A DNA stretch of 64,000 bases from Gemmatimonadota bacterium (GTDB lineage: Bacteria; Gemmatimonadota; Gemmatimonadetes; Gemmatimonadales; GWC2-71-9). Below, one piece after another: positions 1 through 9,451 of the stretch (within the stretch, counting starts at the first letter, position 1; each line of letters begins with the position of its first letter). Below the pieces are notes generated by a model. The model ran no database searches. It saw nothing but the letters and a program-made list of their open reading frames with translations, and had not been told where the DNA came from. The translations under genes and the position numbers were made by a program. The DNA lies in contig JBKPAO010000009.1 of NCBI GenBank assembly GCA_046726475.1, positions 7,480 through 71,479 on the forward strand, written 5' to 3'.

Positions 1-567
1 CACGGCGGCGACCATCACACGGGCCACTCCGGTGGCAGTCACCATGCCGGCGGCCATTCGGACCACTCCCAGGGCCACACCGGTCATCACCAGCATGAGG
101 ACGGGAGCGCGAGGTGGGCGCTCTTCCTCTCCCCTCGCATCTGGTTCAGCGTGCTGGTCGGCTTCGGCGCGACTGGGCTCCTGCTCCAACACCGTGTCTC
201 CGGAGTGACCCTCCTCGGCGCGGCACTGCTGGGAGGCATCGCCTTCGAGGGGCTGCTCATGCGCCCACTCTGGTCGCTGGCGAGCCGCTTCGAGTCCGAT
301 CCCGCCATGACGCTGGAGACGGGCGTCATGGATGACGCCGAGGCGGTCACCGGCTTCAATCGGCAAGGCGAGGGGCTGGTGCGGTTGGATCTCGACGGCC
401 AGGTGGTGCAGCTACTAGGCGTGCTCACCGCGGACGAGCGCGCGGCAGGCGTGCGGATAGCCGCGGGTGACCGTCTCCTGGTCGAAGCCGTCGACCCGGC
501 TCGCCAGCGCTGCACCGTCTCCCGGCGCGACCCCGCCGGTCCGCTCACGAATCCGTCATCCCGTTAA
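1..567 (+). CDS. NfeD/YqiJ-like membrane partner of flotillin with His-rich loop (5' partial)
   Basis: Frame 1 is open from base 1: HGGDHHTGHSGGSHH... then hydrophobic segments and an OB-fold-like C-terminus (GEGLVRLDLDGQVVQL); directly upstream of an SPFH gene. Confidence 0.75.
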   Translation, partial: HGGDHHTGHSGGSHHAGGHSDHSQGHTGHHQHEDGSARWALFLSPRIWFSVLVGFGATGLLLQHRVSGVTLLGAALLGGIAFEGLLMRPLWSLASRFESDPAMTLETGVMDDAEAVTGFNRQGEGLVRLDLDGQVVQLLGVLTADERAAGVRIAAGDRLLVEAVDPARQRCTVSRRDPAGPLTNPSSR

Positions 568-577
568 GGACATCGAT

Positions 578-1936
578 ATGGATCTCCTCAAGCCTGGACT
601 TGGAATCATCGCGATTCTGTTCCTGGTCCTGTTTCTCATTCCGATGCTGGTCAACAGTGTTTTGCGAAATGTGGAAGCTGGCACCATCCGGCTGGTGAGC
701 TGGCTCCGTGGCCGAACGGTGATTTACCGCGGCCCCGGCAAGTCGATGGAAATTCCGCTGCTCACCACCGGGACCACCATTTCCAGCAAGGTCATCAACG
801 TCGATCTCGACATCACCGACCAGACCGCCGATCTGGACGACCAGGGCGCGCCTCGGCCGATCAAAGTACGGGTGCTCGCGAGCGCAATCGTGTCGGTGGG
901 CGACAGCGACCAGCTGATCAAGACCGCGGCCAACCGGTTCTTCTCCAAGCCGGACAACGACCAGACCAACACGCTCACCGATCTGCTGTCGAGTTCCGCC
1001 CGGCGGGCGATCAACCTGCTGACCCACGACCAGCTCTTCTCGGCCAAGACCACGACCAAAGCGCTCCCACCAGTGCAGCAGACCGGGACCGCCGTCGCGC
1101 CCGCACTCGCGGCACCGCTGGCCGCGGCGGAGGACGACGACGATCCGCTCGCGGTCATCATCCGCAAGGCGTGCTCCCGGGAGCTCACCGACCTCGGGCT
1201 GATCTTCAACTCGCTCAACATCAAGGTGGTGCAGTCGGAGGTCGCGGAGGCCCGGCGCCGCCAGTCGGCGGCGGAGGCGCAGGCCAACGCCGACATCGTC
1301 TCGGCGCAGCAGTCGCGGAGGTCGAAGGAAGCGCAGCTGGAGGCGGAGCGGGTTATCTCCGACAAGCAGCGCGAGCTGGCGCAGACCGTGGCGGCGAACG
1401 CCGCGCTCATCGCGCAGGCGGAGGCCAAGCGGCAGGAGAGCCTAGGCCTCCAGCGGACGTCGGAGCTGGATGCGACCCAGATTGCGCAGGCCAAGGCCGA
1501 TGCCGAGCGGGTGAGAATCGAGGCGGAGGCTGCCGCCGACGCGGAGGCAATCAAGATCAGGACGGTGGCGGCGGCACAGGCCGAGAGCATTCAGAAGGTG
1601 AACGAGGCGATCCAGGCGGGTGGAGAGTCGTACTTCCGATATCGGCAGATCGAGATGGTTCCCACCATCGCGCCGGCGATCGCCGATGCGTTGGGACGGG
1701 CGCGGCTGATCACGGTGGCGGGAGGCGGAGCGGGTGCGCCGGACAGCGCGGCGCAAAGCATGATGGGGGTGATTCAGACGGTGCTGGCGGCGCAGCTGGT
1801 CGCGAAGGGGGACCTGGCCGGGCTCAATGAGAGCGTCCAAGTCCGGGGCGACGGTGCAGACGCTGCTACGTCGGCGGTAAAGGCCGCCATTCCGCCGAGT
1901 CCTGCGCAGACAATTCGAGCTTCACGCGGAAGCTAG
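578..1936 (+). CDS. Flotillin/SPFH (band 7) family protein
   Basis: AAGGA RBS before ATG 578; N-terminal TM, SPFH-like core, long Ala/Glu/Gln coiled coil (AEAEA-type repeats). Confidence 0.8.
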   Translation: MDLLKPGLGIIAILFLVLFLIPMLVNSVLRNVEAGTIRLVSWLRGRTVIYRGPGKSMEIPLLTTGTTISSKVINVDLDITDQTADLDDQGAPRPIKVRVLASAIVSVGDSDQLIKTAANRFFSKPDNDQTNTLTDLLSSSARRAINLLTHDQLFSAKTTTKALPPVQQTGTAVAPALAAPLAAAEDDDDPLAVIIRKACSRELTDLGLIFNSLNIKVVQSEVAEARRRQSAAEAQANADIVSAQQSRRSKEAQLEAERVISDKQRELAQTVAANAALIAQAEAKRQESLGLQRTSELDATQIAQAKADAERVRIEAEAAADAEAIKIRTVAAAQAESIQKVNEAIQAGGESYFRYRQIEMVPTIAPAIADALGRARLITVAGGGAGAPDSAAQSMMGVIQTVLAAQLVAKGDLAGLNESVQVRGDGADAATSAVKAAIPPSPAQTIRASRGS

Positions 1937-2338
1937 GCGAAACGAGGCTGGTCGGGGTTCACGGCCATGGGTGCCTCCGCGGCGAACATAGGCGGCGAGA
2001 TTCCGAACCGCTGTCGAGGAAACCCGAAGCTATCGCACAACGACTCTACGCTGACTCAATGGGACCTTCCAGGTTTGGCAGGCTGGGGCCATCATGTTGC
2101 TTCCTGGAATGCGGTCATTAGAAGACACAGGCTGCGTACTGTGTCGGTTTTTGCAGGGCGTATGGGCGAGGCTCCGGTCGGAATCGCCTGAAGCGGGTGC
2201 GGTGCAGGCGCCGGACTTCCGCCATGAGTGGGGGCCCGTCTGCAGGTCCGTCCTCATCGCCTGCGCCTGGCGGATCTCGGGGGGGAGGGCTTAGACTAGT
2301 TATAGTACCGTCTCACGTCGTAGCGCGGAGGCTTCAGC

Positions 2339-2515
2339 ATGAATGCTGTATTAGAGAAACCGCGGGTACAGATCGATCCGTCAGGGGTTTCCCGGGTTGC
2401 TCCCGCTGACATTCTGCGGAGCAAGGTCGGCCAACTCGAGATCGACAAGGCCGCCGCTGTCGCCGTGGCCCTCAAACTGAGAAAACCTGGGTCGAATCGG
2501 ACCTTTCACGGATAA
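2339..2515 (+). CDS. Small hypothetical protein, 58 aa (MNAVLEKPRVQIDPSGVSRVAPADILRSKVGQLEIDK...)
   Basis: Translated by hand (below the ORF-track cutoff); GGAGG RBS 7 nt before ATG; TATAGT at 2301-2306; stop 7 nt before next gene. Confidence 0.65.
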   Translation: MNAVLEKPRVQIDPSGVSRVAPADILRSKVGQLEIDKAAAVAVALKLRKPGSNRTFHG

Positions 2516-2522
2516 ATAGACG

Positions 2523-3221
2523 GTGCCATTCAACGTACTCCTCCTTCCGTTGCTCGGAGGGTACGTCTTCATCACCAATTGGAACTACACCCGCTTTAGC
2601 GCGCGGCGCTATTCCGGCGAGCGACTGCTGATTCACGCAGCGCTCGCCGGAGTTTTTTTGTTGGTCTGCTCGTACGCGGCGGTGCTGCTGATCTCGGCGA
2701 AGTGGCCCGGGCTTGCCGCCGCCTGGACCAGCCGAGTGCCCTTTGCATATTCCGGCGCCTCGCTGGGAGCTCTGCTCTTGGGCATGACCCTCTGGTGGCC
2801 TCTCAATCTCGCTTTCACCAAGCAGACCGAGGTGCGTCGCACGATTACGGCGTGGAATGACTACATGGAAGAGCTGCTCGCGGATTCGCAGGAGGATACC
2901 CGGCAGGTTTCGATAACTCTCAAGAACCGCAAGGTGTACGTGGGGTTCGTGGTCCGAACGTTCGACCCGGCCTATGATCGTAAGTACGTGGTGCTCCTAC
3001 CAACTATGAGCGGCTACCGCGCGGAATCGACCCACCGGCTGACCTTCGACACCGATTACACCCGGGTGTACCAGGCCCTCATGGCCGAGGATGAATCTCG
3101 GCTGGTCCGCGGGGTGGAAGACTTTCAGGTGGTGGTGCCAGTCTCCGAGGTCGTCTCGGCAAACCTCTTCGACTGGGAGGCATATCAAAGATTCAACGAA
3201 CCCTTCGGAGAATCCTTGTAG
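2523..3221 (+). CDS. Hypothetical membrane protein, about 3 TM plus soluble beta-rich C-terminal domain
   Basis: 232 aa ORF; hydrophobic N-half; VSITLKNRKVYVGFV and LLPTMSGYR motifs. Confidence 0.8.
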   Translation: MPFNVLLLPLLGGYVFITNWNYTRFSARRYSGERLLIHAALAGVFLLVCSYAAVLLISAKWPGLAAAWTSRVPFAYSGASLGALLLGMTLWWPLNLAFTKQTEVRRTITAWNDYMEELLADSQEDTRQVSITLKNRKVYVGFVVRTFDPAYDRKYVVLLPTMSGYRAESTHRLTFDTDYTRVYQALMAEDESRLVRGVEDFQVVVPVSEVVSANLFDWEAYQRFNEPFGESL

Positions 3222-3319
3222 CACGGGATCTCTACACCGCAGACCAAGCTCTCCGAGACTCGTCGGGCTGCCTGAGGGAAGACTTCGTGCGGTGAAGTAC
3301 AGAAGCCCCGCTGCGTGAT

Positions 3320-3625
3320 CGGGCGGGCGGGCGGTGGGTCAGTCTGTCGGTCGGTCAGTCGGTCAAGGCTGGAGGCAATTCTGAACGGCCCTGAGCGCAG
3401 CGGAGAGGCCGAAAGGCAGTAGAACGTCGGGTTGATACAGTTGTCAGGGTGAAGAGCGCCTCGGCACGCTCCGAACTACGGCGAGTGTTCTGCAGCGAGT
3501 CAGCGTTCTCCTCCTCAGGAGTTGCAGCACGACGCTCTCCGACTGCCTCTCGGGTGGGCGGACAGGCGGACGACGGCGAGGGGGTCATCGGAATGCCTCT
3601 CCGCCGGTCCGTCCATCCGTCCGCT
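3320..3625. repeat. Intergenic short tandem repeats (GGTC/GGCGGACA-type) plus a REP-like half site
   Basis: GGGCGGGCGG..GTCAGTCTGTCGGTCGGTCAGTCGGTC; CCTGAGCGCAGCG at about 3390; GGGCGGACAGGCGGAC and a complementary GTCCGTCCATCCGTCCGC. Confidence 0.6.
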
Positions 3626-4644
3626 CATAGATGAGGCTTCTTAAACAGCCCCTTGATCTTCCCCTTCGCCGAGTTCTTGGCCTCCGCCTCCTTCTCCTGC
3701 TTCACCTCGTTCAGCGCCTCGCTGACGACCGACTTCGTGGCGTTGGCCATGGTCTTTCCCAGGTCGAAGTTCTTGAGCTGTTCGCAGGCCTTGCGCTGCT
3801 GCTCCTTCTCTTCCGGCGTCAACTCCCTGGGTTGGCTGCTCCCGGTGCTCGCATTGGCGGCGGGGGTTTCCTTCCCCTGCTTCGCTTCTGCCTTGGCCAT
3901 TTCCGCCTTGGCCTTAGCGAGCGAATCCGCCAGCTGCTGGCTTGCGAGATAGGTCACGAAGCCCCGCGCCATGGAGTCGGGGTTCGCCAGGTTGGTGTCG
4001 TTCTGGAAGGTGATCCCCGGGGGCGGCTCGAACGCTGAGGCCGGCGGGTCGCTCCGTTTGACTGAGGTAGCGGTCTCCTCGAAGTTGACGCAGAGGAGGT
4101 TGCCCTCCAGGTGGAGCGGAATCGCCGGGGCATCCTGCATCGAGCAGACCGAGAACCCCGCAAACGAGTGCTCGTCGCACTTCTCGCCGGCAAAGGTCTT
4201 GGTCTCGCCCTTCTGACCCGCCGTCAGCGTCTGGCTCCCGAAGGCCCTGGCAATCATCTGCGCCATGTCCTGCATGTTCCGGTGGAGGCGCTGCTTGGAG
4301 GCCACATCCAGGTGATCGTACGCCTTTTCCATATAGGGAAGGACGTTGGGGCGTTTGACTCCGCTCTTCTTGGTGAGATCCGCGCTGTAGCTCCACTCGG
4401 GAGTGGAAAGGGTCCACGAGTCGGTGCTGCTGGTCTGGCCCATCATCTTGCTCGTGGTGGTCTCGTGGCTCACGACTTTGTCCTTAGAGATCGCCCGCTC
4501 GGCAGTTCCCTGAATATCGCCGCTGTACGCGTAGCTGACCTGCATGGCGTTGACCTTGTTCTTGGGCAATTTGAACGGATTGTCCTGCGCGGCGAGCGGG
4601 GACGCAGCCAGCGCGAGGACCGCGACGACGGCGAGGCGTTTCAC
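3625..4644 (-). CDS. Secreted hypothetical protein (DUF4412-like)
   Basis: Signal peptide MKRLAVVAVLALAASPLAAQ; GETKTFAGEKC and PPASAFEPP motifs; Lys-rich tail. Confidence 0.7.
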   Translation of the reverse strand: MKRLAVVAVLALAASPLAAQDNPFKLPKNKVNAMQVSYAYSGDIQGTAERAISKDKVVSHETTTSKMMGQTSSTDSWTLSTPEWSYSADLTKKSGVKRPNVLPYMEKAYDHLDVASKQRLHRNMQDMAQMIARAFGSQTLTAGQKGETKTFAGEKCDEHSFAGFSVCSMQDAPAIPLHLEGNLLCVNFEETATSVKRSDPPASAFEPPPGITFQNDTNLANPDSMARGFVTYLASQQLADSLAKAKAEMAKAEAKQGKETPAANASTGSSQPRELTPEEKEQQRKACEQLKNFDLGKTMANATKSVVSEALNEVKQEKEAEAKNSAKGKIKGLFKKPHL

Positions 4645-4801
4645 GGTGAGCTCCGAGTGGGGGATTTGCGGGAACTGACCAATGTTGTGGACGAACTCGC
4701 CGGATGCAAGACGGCCCTCCCTTGCACTGCCCTGCCTCCATCTGAACCGGCTTCCGGCGATACATTACAGATCAACCTGTAAGGCACGACCCGAGGCTCC
4801 C

Positions 4802-5200
4802 GTGACCGCCGTCGAGAAATACTTTTTCACGCCGCTGTACTATCCCCCGAACATTTGGTCCGTCGTGAAGTGGTGGGAGTCGCGCCGGCTGCTGTTCAAC
4901 GTGTGCGTCGGGAGCGCCGGTCTCCTGTCGCTCGGGATGGCTGCGCTGATCAGTCGGCTGCCGCCTCATCCATTCCCGCTTGCTCCGCCCTTGGCCGTCG
5001 TGGTGGCCTATGGAATCATGGCCAACCTCTGCTACACGCTGGGCCCGATCACCGACCTCGCGCTCCGGCGCCTCCTCGGCGATCGTGCGCCAGCGGTAGG
5101 TCCTGTCCTGTTCCGCTACGGATTTGTGTTCTCCCTGGGCCTGACCCTGTTGCCCATTCCACTCGCCGCCCTGGGCTGGCTGCTGCGCTGGGTCATGTAG
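4802..5200 (+). CDS. Hypothetical membrane protein
   Basis: GTG at 4802 after GAGG; WWESRRLLFN motif and 3 TM segments. Confidence 0.7.
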   Translation: MTAVEKYFFTPLYYPPNIWSVVKWWESRRLLFNVCVGSAGLLSLGMAALISRLPPHPFPLAPPLAVVVAYGIMANLCYTLGPITDLALRRLLGDRAPAVGPVLFRYGFVFSLGLTLLPIPLAALGWLLRWVM

Positions 5201-5263
5201 GAGGCGGACAGAGCCTGCCCTCCTGACTTCGGACTCACGAATCTCACCGCTGGAGGAGCCGGC

Positions 5264-5599
5264 ATGTATCGAGTACGCCAGCAGGATCTTCCGTTCCAGG
5301 GCAGCTCGCACCAGTTCGTCGGAGCCGAGAACGGCGACGTGAACGTGTCGGCATTTCTCCTGAGCGCCCTTCCCGGCCGGGGTCCCGGGCCCCATCGCCA
5401 CCCCTACGATGAAATACAATTCCTGCGAGAGGGACGCGGGCTCTACAATGTGAACGGCCAGGAGTTCGAAGCCGCTGCTGGCGATATCCTCGTCATCAAG
5501 GCCGGTGAAGTTCATAGCTTCCGCTGCATCGGCGACGCGCCGCTGGTCCAGATCGACGTGCATCTCAGTCCGCACTTCATTCAGGAGAACCTGAGTTAG
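5264..5599 (+). CDS. Cupin domain protein
   Basis: GGAGGAG RBS; PHRHPYDE and GEVHSF cupin metal motifs. Confidence 0.85.
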   Translation: MYRVRQQDLPFQGSSHQFVGAENGDVNVSAFLLSALPGRGPGPHRHPYDEIQFLREGRGLYNVNGQEFEAAAGDILVIKAGEVHSFRCIGDAPLVQIDVHLSPHFIQENLS

Positions 5600-5609
5600 C
5601 GGCGATCCG

Positions 5610-6458
5610 ATGAAACTGATGCTACTCCCCATCGTACTCGGCGCCGTGCTCGGTGGTCTCTTTGTGCTGGGTGCGCGCGCCTGGACCCGCGGCGGCGAGC
5701 GGCGGACACTCGCGCTCGGGCTCGTCGTGGCAGCGGTCATCTATGTCGGGTTCGCTCTCGCCGCCGGAGGCAATGGCGGCGACCTCGTCCTCGAGACCAC
5801 CGGCGTCGCCATCTTCGGAGTTCTGGCCTGGCTCGGTCTCCGACACTCGCTCTGGTGGCTCCCCACCGGCTGGCTGGCACACGTGGCCTGGGACGTCGGA
5901 CTCCATGTCTACCACCAGCATGGCTTGGTGCCGGCGTGGTATCCCCTGCTCTGCGTAGGGTTCGACCTGGTGGTCGTGGGATATCTGTTGGGGGTCGGCC
6001 GGCCACGAGCAATCGATGCGTACAAGGTCCTCATACCCGTAATCCTTGCGGTCCTGGGTTGCTCGGGCAAACCGGCGCCAGCGACCTCACCGGTGCCGAC
6101 GAGCTCGGCGGCACCGAGCTGCGCGGTCGGCGACACGGTGCTGGTTCGGGAGACGCTCTACTTCGGGCGGAACCGGCCGGGAGGCGGCACCGTCAGCGAC
6201 GCCGAATGGAGGGCGTTTCTCGCCGAGGTGGTCACGCCTCGATTTCCTCTGGGCCTGACTGTTCAGGAGGCTACGGGACAATGGAAGGGCGCGAACGGCT
6301 CCGTGGAACAGGAACAATCCGAGATCGTGACGGTGTTCCATCCCGGTGACATCGCTGCCACGCGCGCCGTCCACGACATCGCGCTCGAGTACAAGCGCCG
6401 CTTCCAACAGGAGGCGGTGCTCAGAGAGCGAACGCCCACCTGCGCCCGGTTCGAGTAA
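5610..6458 (+). CDS. Apparent fusion: DUF6010-like membrane domain plus DUF3574-like domain
   Basis: N-half IYVGFA / WLAHVAWD / VPAWYPLLCVGFD; C-half LYFGRNRPGGGTVSDAEWRAFLAEVVTPRFP...FQQEAVLR. Confidence 0.7.
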   Translation: MKLMLLPIVLGAVLGGLFVLGARAWTRGGERRTLALGLVVAAVIYVGFALAAGGNGGDLVLETTGVAIFGVLAWLGLRHSLWWLPTGWLAHVAWDVGLHVYHQHGLVPAWYPLLCVGFDLVVVGYLLGVGRPRAIDAYKVLIPVILAVLGCSGKPAPATSPVPTSSAAPSCAVGDTVLVRETLYFGRNRPGGGTVSDAEWRAFLAEVVTPRFPLGLTVQEATGQWKGANGSVEQEQSEIVTVFHPGDIAATRAVHDIALEYKRRFQQEAVLRERTPTCARFE

Positions 6459-6468
6459 GCCGCCACCC

Positions 6469-6945
6469 GTGGACGTGAGATCTGCCGAACCGACAGAGAT
6501 CGAGGTCCTGGCAAGGATCTGGTATGACGGGTGGCGGGATGCACACGCGGACATCTTGCCGGAGGAGCTGGCCCGAATCCGTACGTTGGAGAGTTTCCGG
6601 GACCGGCTTCACACTGCCCTTCCCGAGGTGCGAGTCGTAGGCCCGCCAGGTGAGCCCGCGGGCTTTTGCCTCATCAAAGGTGCCGAGCTCTATCAACTCT
6701 ACGTTTCGGGACAATCCCGCGGTTCCGGCGTCGCGGCAGCGCTGGTCGCCGATGCAGAGGCCCGCCTTGCCGCCACCGGCGTCGAGACGGCGTGGCTGGC
6801 ATGCGCGATCGGCAATCAGCGAGCGGCGAGGTTCTACGAGAAGTGTGGCTGGCACCGAGCCGGCAACATGATCAACAACCTGGACACTCCAAACGGGACG
6901 TTCCCGTTGGAGGTCTGGCGGTATGAGAAGGCGGTAACGCGGTAA
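6469..6945 (+). CDS. GNAT N-acetyltransferase
   Basis: QLYVSGQSRGSGVA acetyl-CoA motif and NQRAARFYEKCGW; GTG start just after the upstream stop. Confidence 0.88.
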   Translation: MDVRSAEPTEIEVLARIWYDGWRDAHADILPEELARIRTLESFRDRLHTALPEVRVVGPPGEPAGFCLIKGAELYQLYVSGQSRGSGVAAALVADAEARLAATGVETAWLACAIGNQRAARFYEKCGWHRAGNMINNLDTPNGTFPLEVWRYEKAVTR

Positions 6946-6952
6946 AGAGCAC

Positions 6953-7067
6953 ACCTCATCCCGAGTGAGCGCACGCGAACGAGGGACCCTCTCCTGGGTT
7001 CCGAGACCTGAGGAGTAGGTCCCTTCGCGGAGCTCAGGTAGGCTCTTCGCTGCGCTCAGGATGAGGT
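6953..7067. repeat. REP-like palindromic element, copy A
   Basis: Terminal inverted repeat ACCTCATCC...GGATGAGGT with internal GAGGGACC/GGTCCCTT and TTCGCTGCGCTCAGG. Confidence 0.75.
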
Positions 7068-7152
7068 CTCTTTTGCCATTCTCACCCTCACACTACCTGT
7101 CCGCCTGTCCACCTGCCTAAAAAAATCTGCGTGTCCGGCCGATAACCAATGC

Positions 7153-7785
7153 ATGGCGCCGAGCATCGACCAGGCCGAGTGGCACTACGGCGGGGACTTC
7201 CCGGGTGACCTCCCGCCGGAAAATGGCGGGACCCACATCGGGATGTATCTCGCCTGGATAATCCACCGCGACCTGGGAAGCGCCGTCCTCCGGAAATACA
7301 CCCGTGACTCCCTACCGCTCCTGCGCGAGCGGAAGATCACCGGACGCAAGCTGCTGTTCACCGAGCTGGATGAAAGGTTCCTCGGGTCGCTACTGACCAA
7401 GGTGGGTAAGGACTTCACCAGGGATTACTACGAGACCAATTGCTACATAGACGACTACGAGGCGGTGCTCGGAGGAGGCCTGCCGACCCTTTACCACGTC
7501 GAGGATTCGTGGGACAACTATGACAAGCTTGCCCCGATCATAGACCATCGCTTCTCCCGCTGGCAGCAGGGGGAGCTCCCACCGGCCAGTCCGGTCCAGG
7601 CTCAGTTGAAGCAGCTCGAGGAAGAGTACCTGGATACCATACTGGCGGTCGCCCGAATGCTGCCGGCAGACCCGGTGGGTGCGATCGCGATATTTCAGAA
7701 GTATCTCTCCAGCGAGCCCCCACCGCCCTACCGTACCCGGGCACTCAGCGAGATAGAGAGGGTCCGGGCCAAGTACCGGATCTAA
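7153..7785 (+). CDS. Conserved hypothetical protein (WHYGGDFP...THIGM family) with helical C-terminal extension
   Basis: 210 aa ORF; recognisable N-terminal motif and YHVEDSWDNY. Confidence 0.75.
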   Translation: MAPSIDQAEWHYGGDFPGDLPPENGGTHIGMYLAWIIHRDLGSAVLRKYTRDSLPLLRERKITGRKLLFTELDERFLGSLLTKVGKDFTRDYYETNCYIDDYEAVLGGGLPTLYHVEDSWDNYDKLAPIIDHRFSRWQQGELPPASPVQAQLKQLEEEYLDTILAVARMLPADPVGAIAIFQKYLSSEPPPPYRTRALSEIERVRAKYRI

Positions 7786-7887
7786 GAATGAGAGGTCCTA
7801 CCCGACCACCTTCCCGATCCCGAGCCAGTCCGTATCTTCTCACCACTGCTATTTTCCGTTTCCGGCCCGCAGCACTCAGGGGGTGCT

Positions 7888-8082
7888 ATGAATAACCTGG
7901 TGAAAGCGCTCATCGGCCTTTCCGCGCTGGCGTTTGTGCTTGCCGTCCTGGCGAGCTTCTCGGGTCCGATCCTGCACACCGTAGCGGAAGGCTACTCACG
8001 CGCCAGCACCAATCTGGCGTTGCTCGCCATCGCTCTCGTGCTCACATTCGGGGGCACAACGACTACTCCCCGATCCCTCTAG
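7888..8082 (+). CDS. Small two-TM membrane protein
   Basis: AGGGGG RBS; 64 aa with two hydrophobic segments. Confidence 0.65.
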   Translation: MNNLVKALIGLSALAFVLAVLASFSGPILHTVAEGYSRASTNLALLAIALVLTFGGTTTTPRSL

Positions 8083-8304
8083 TTCTCGGGGCGCGGACAG
8101 CTCAGAGGCAGCAGAGCGGCGGACTGGTTGACCACCTGACCGTCGATATCACGCGCTGCAGATCTCCACTCGTCGAACGACGGGTCGAGCCTGTCTTTCC
8201 CTTGGGCCAATCCATCGTGAGTCAAGACGGGGCAGGACGCGTCGCGCTAGCGCTTGCGCGGGGACGGCTCATGGGCTGCTGACTGCGCCGAGTCGCGGAG
8301 AAGT

Positions 8305-9450
8305 ATGGCAACTGTATTCGACCTCATTGTGGTGGGCGCGGGACCGGGAGGGTCCAACGCGGCGGCCGTTGCCTTGCGGCACGGGCTGTCGGTTGCCCAG
8401 CTAGACCGCTACCGGTTTCCCCGAGTGAAGCCCTGCGGTGGCGGGGTCACGATGAAATCGTGGAATGCCCTGCGGCTCGACCCGCTGGCCGTGGTGCGAG
8501 CCGAGTTTGCCGAGATCGAAGTCAATGTCTGGCAGCGGAGCCAAAATCGCTTCAGTCACCCGCCGGCACCCCTCCTTCGCACGGTTGTGAGGTCCCAATT
8601 TGATGACTATCTGGTATCTCAAAACCTGAAAGCTCGGGGCTTTCAATTCTTCGACGACGAGCGTGTCGTGGACATCACGTACGACCGCTGGTTTCGAATC
8701 CGCACCACGAAGCGGACCCTGTTCGGACGACAGCTGGTGGGCGCGGACGGCGCTTACAGCGTGGTGAACCGGGTCTTCTCCATTGGGCGTCCGAAAGGCC
8801 AAGCGGTGGCGGTGGAGGTGACTCTCCGACGTGATCAGGCAGCGCTCCCGGTCGAGCCGCCGCCGAGCTTCGACATCGGGGCCATTGAGCACGGCTACGG
8901 CTGGGTGTTTCCCAAAGACGATCATTGGAACGTCGGCTTGTATACCCTGGGCAAGAGCAAGACCCTGCGACAACAGCTCACGGCCTACGTAGCGGCCAAG
9001 GGCTTCCGGGTGGTGGCCGATCCACTGGCCACGTTTGAGGCTCATCGCTTCCCCTACGGGGGATACCGATTTTCGCGACCCCAGGTCCCGGTATACCTCG
9101 TGGGAGACGCCGGGGGGTTCGGCGATGCGCTCACCGGAGAAGGCATCTACCATGCGCTGGAGAGCGGCCGTATCGCCGGCGAAACGGCTTATGGCTATCT
9201 GGCGGGCAAGCTCCGGCACCAAGCCTACTACCGGCGCCTGAGGAGATCGGTGCTGGCGGACACCTTTGTCACCTATCACGCGGCGAGAGCGTTTTACCGG
9301 AACCTCGATCGAGCTGCAGCACTGGTGCAGAATCCGCTGGTGTGGCGCCCCATGATTCGAGGCTACGCTGCAGGTATCACGTTGGCGGATGTACTCCGGC
9401 GGGGTGGGTGGGGCATCTCTGACGCCGTTCGAGCTGGCGTCGGAGCCTGA
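8305..9450 (+). CDS. Geranylgeranyl reductase-family FAD oxidoreductase
   Basis: VVGAGPGG, FPRVKPCGGG, GYGWVFPK, LVGDAGGF...GEGI motifs. Confidence 0.9.
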   Translation: MATVFDLIVVGAGPGGSNAAAVALRHGLSVAQLDRYRFPRVKPCGGGVTMKSWNALRLDPLAVVRAEFAEIEVNVWQRSQNRFSHPPAPLLRTVVRSQFDDYLVSQNLKARGFQFFDDERVVDITYDRWFRIRTTKRTLFGRQLVGADGAYSVVNRVFSIGRPKGQAVAVEVTLRRDQAALPVEPPPSFDIGAIEHGYGWVFPKDDHWNVGLYTLGKSKTLRQQLTAYVAAKGFRVVADPLATFEAHRFPYGGYRFSRPQVPVYLVGDAGGFGDALTGEGIYHALESGRIAGETAYGYLAGKLRHQAYYRRLRRSVLADTFVTYHAARAFYRNLDRAAALVQNPLVWRPMIRGYAAGITLADVLRRGGWGISDAVRAGVGA

Positions 9451-9451
9451 C

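Noticed and set aside
1967-2300. Short ORFs in the region upstream of the two-gene cassette
   Set aside because: Several overlapping frames, no RBS or motif support
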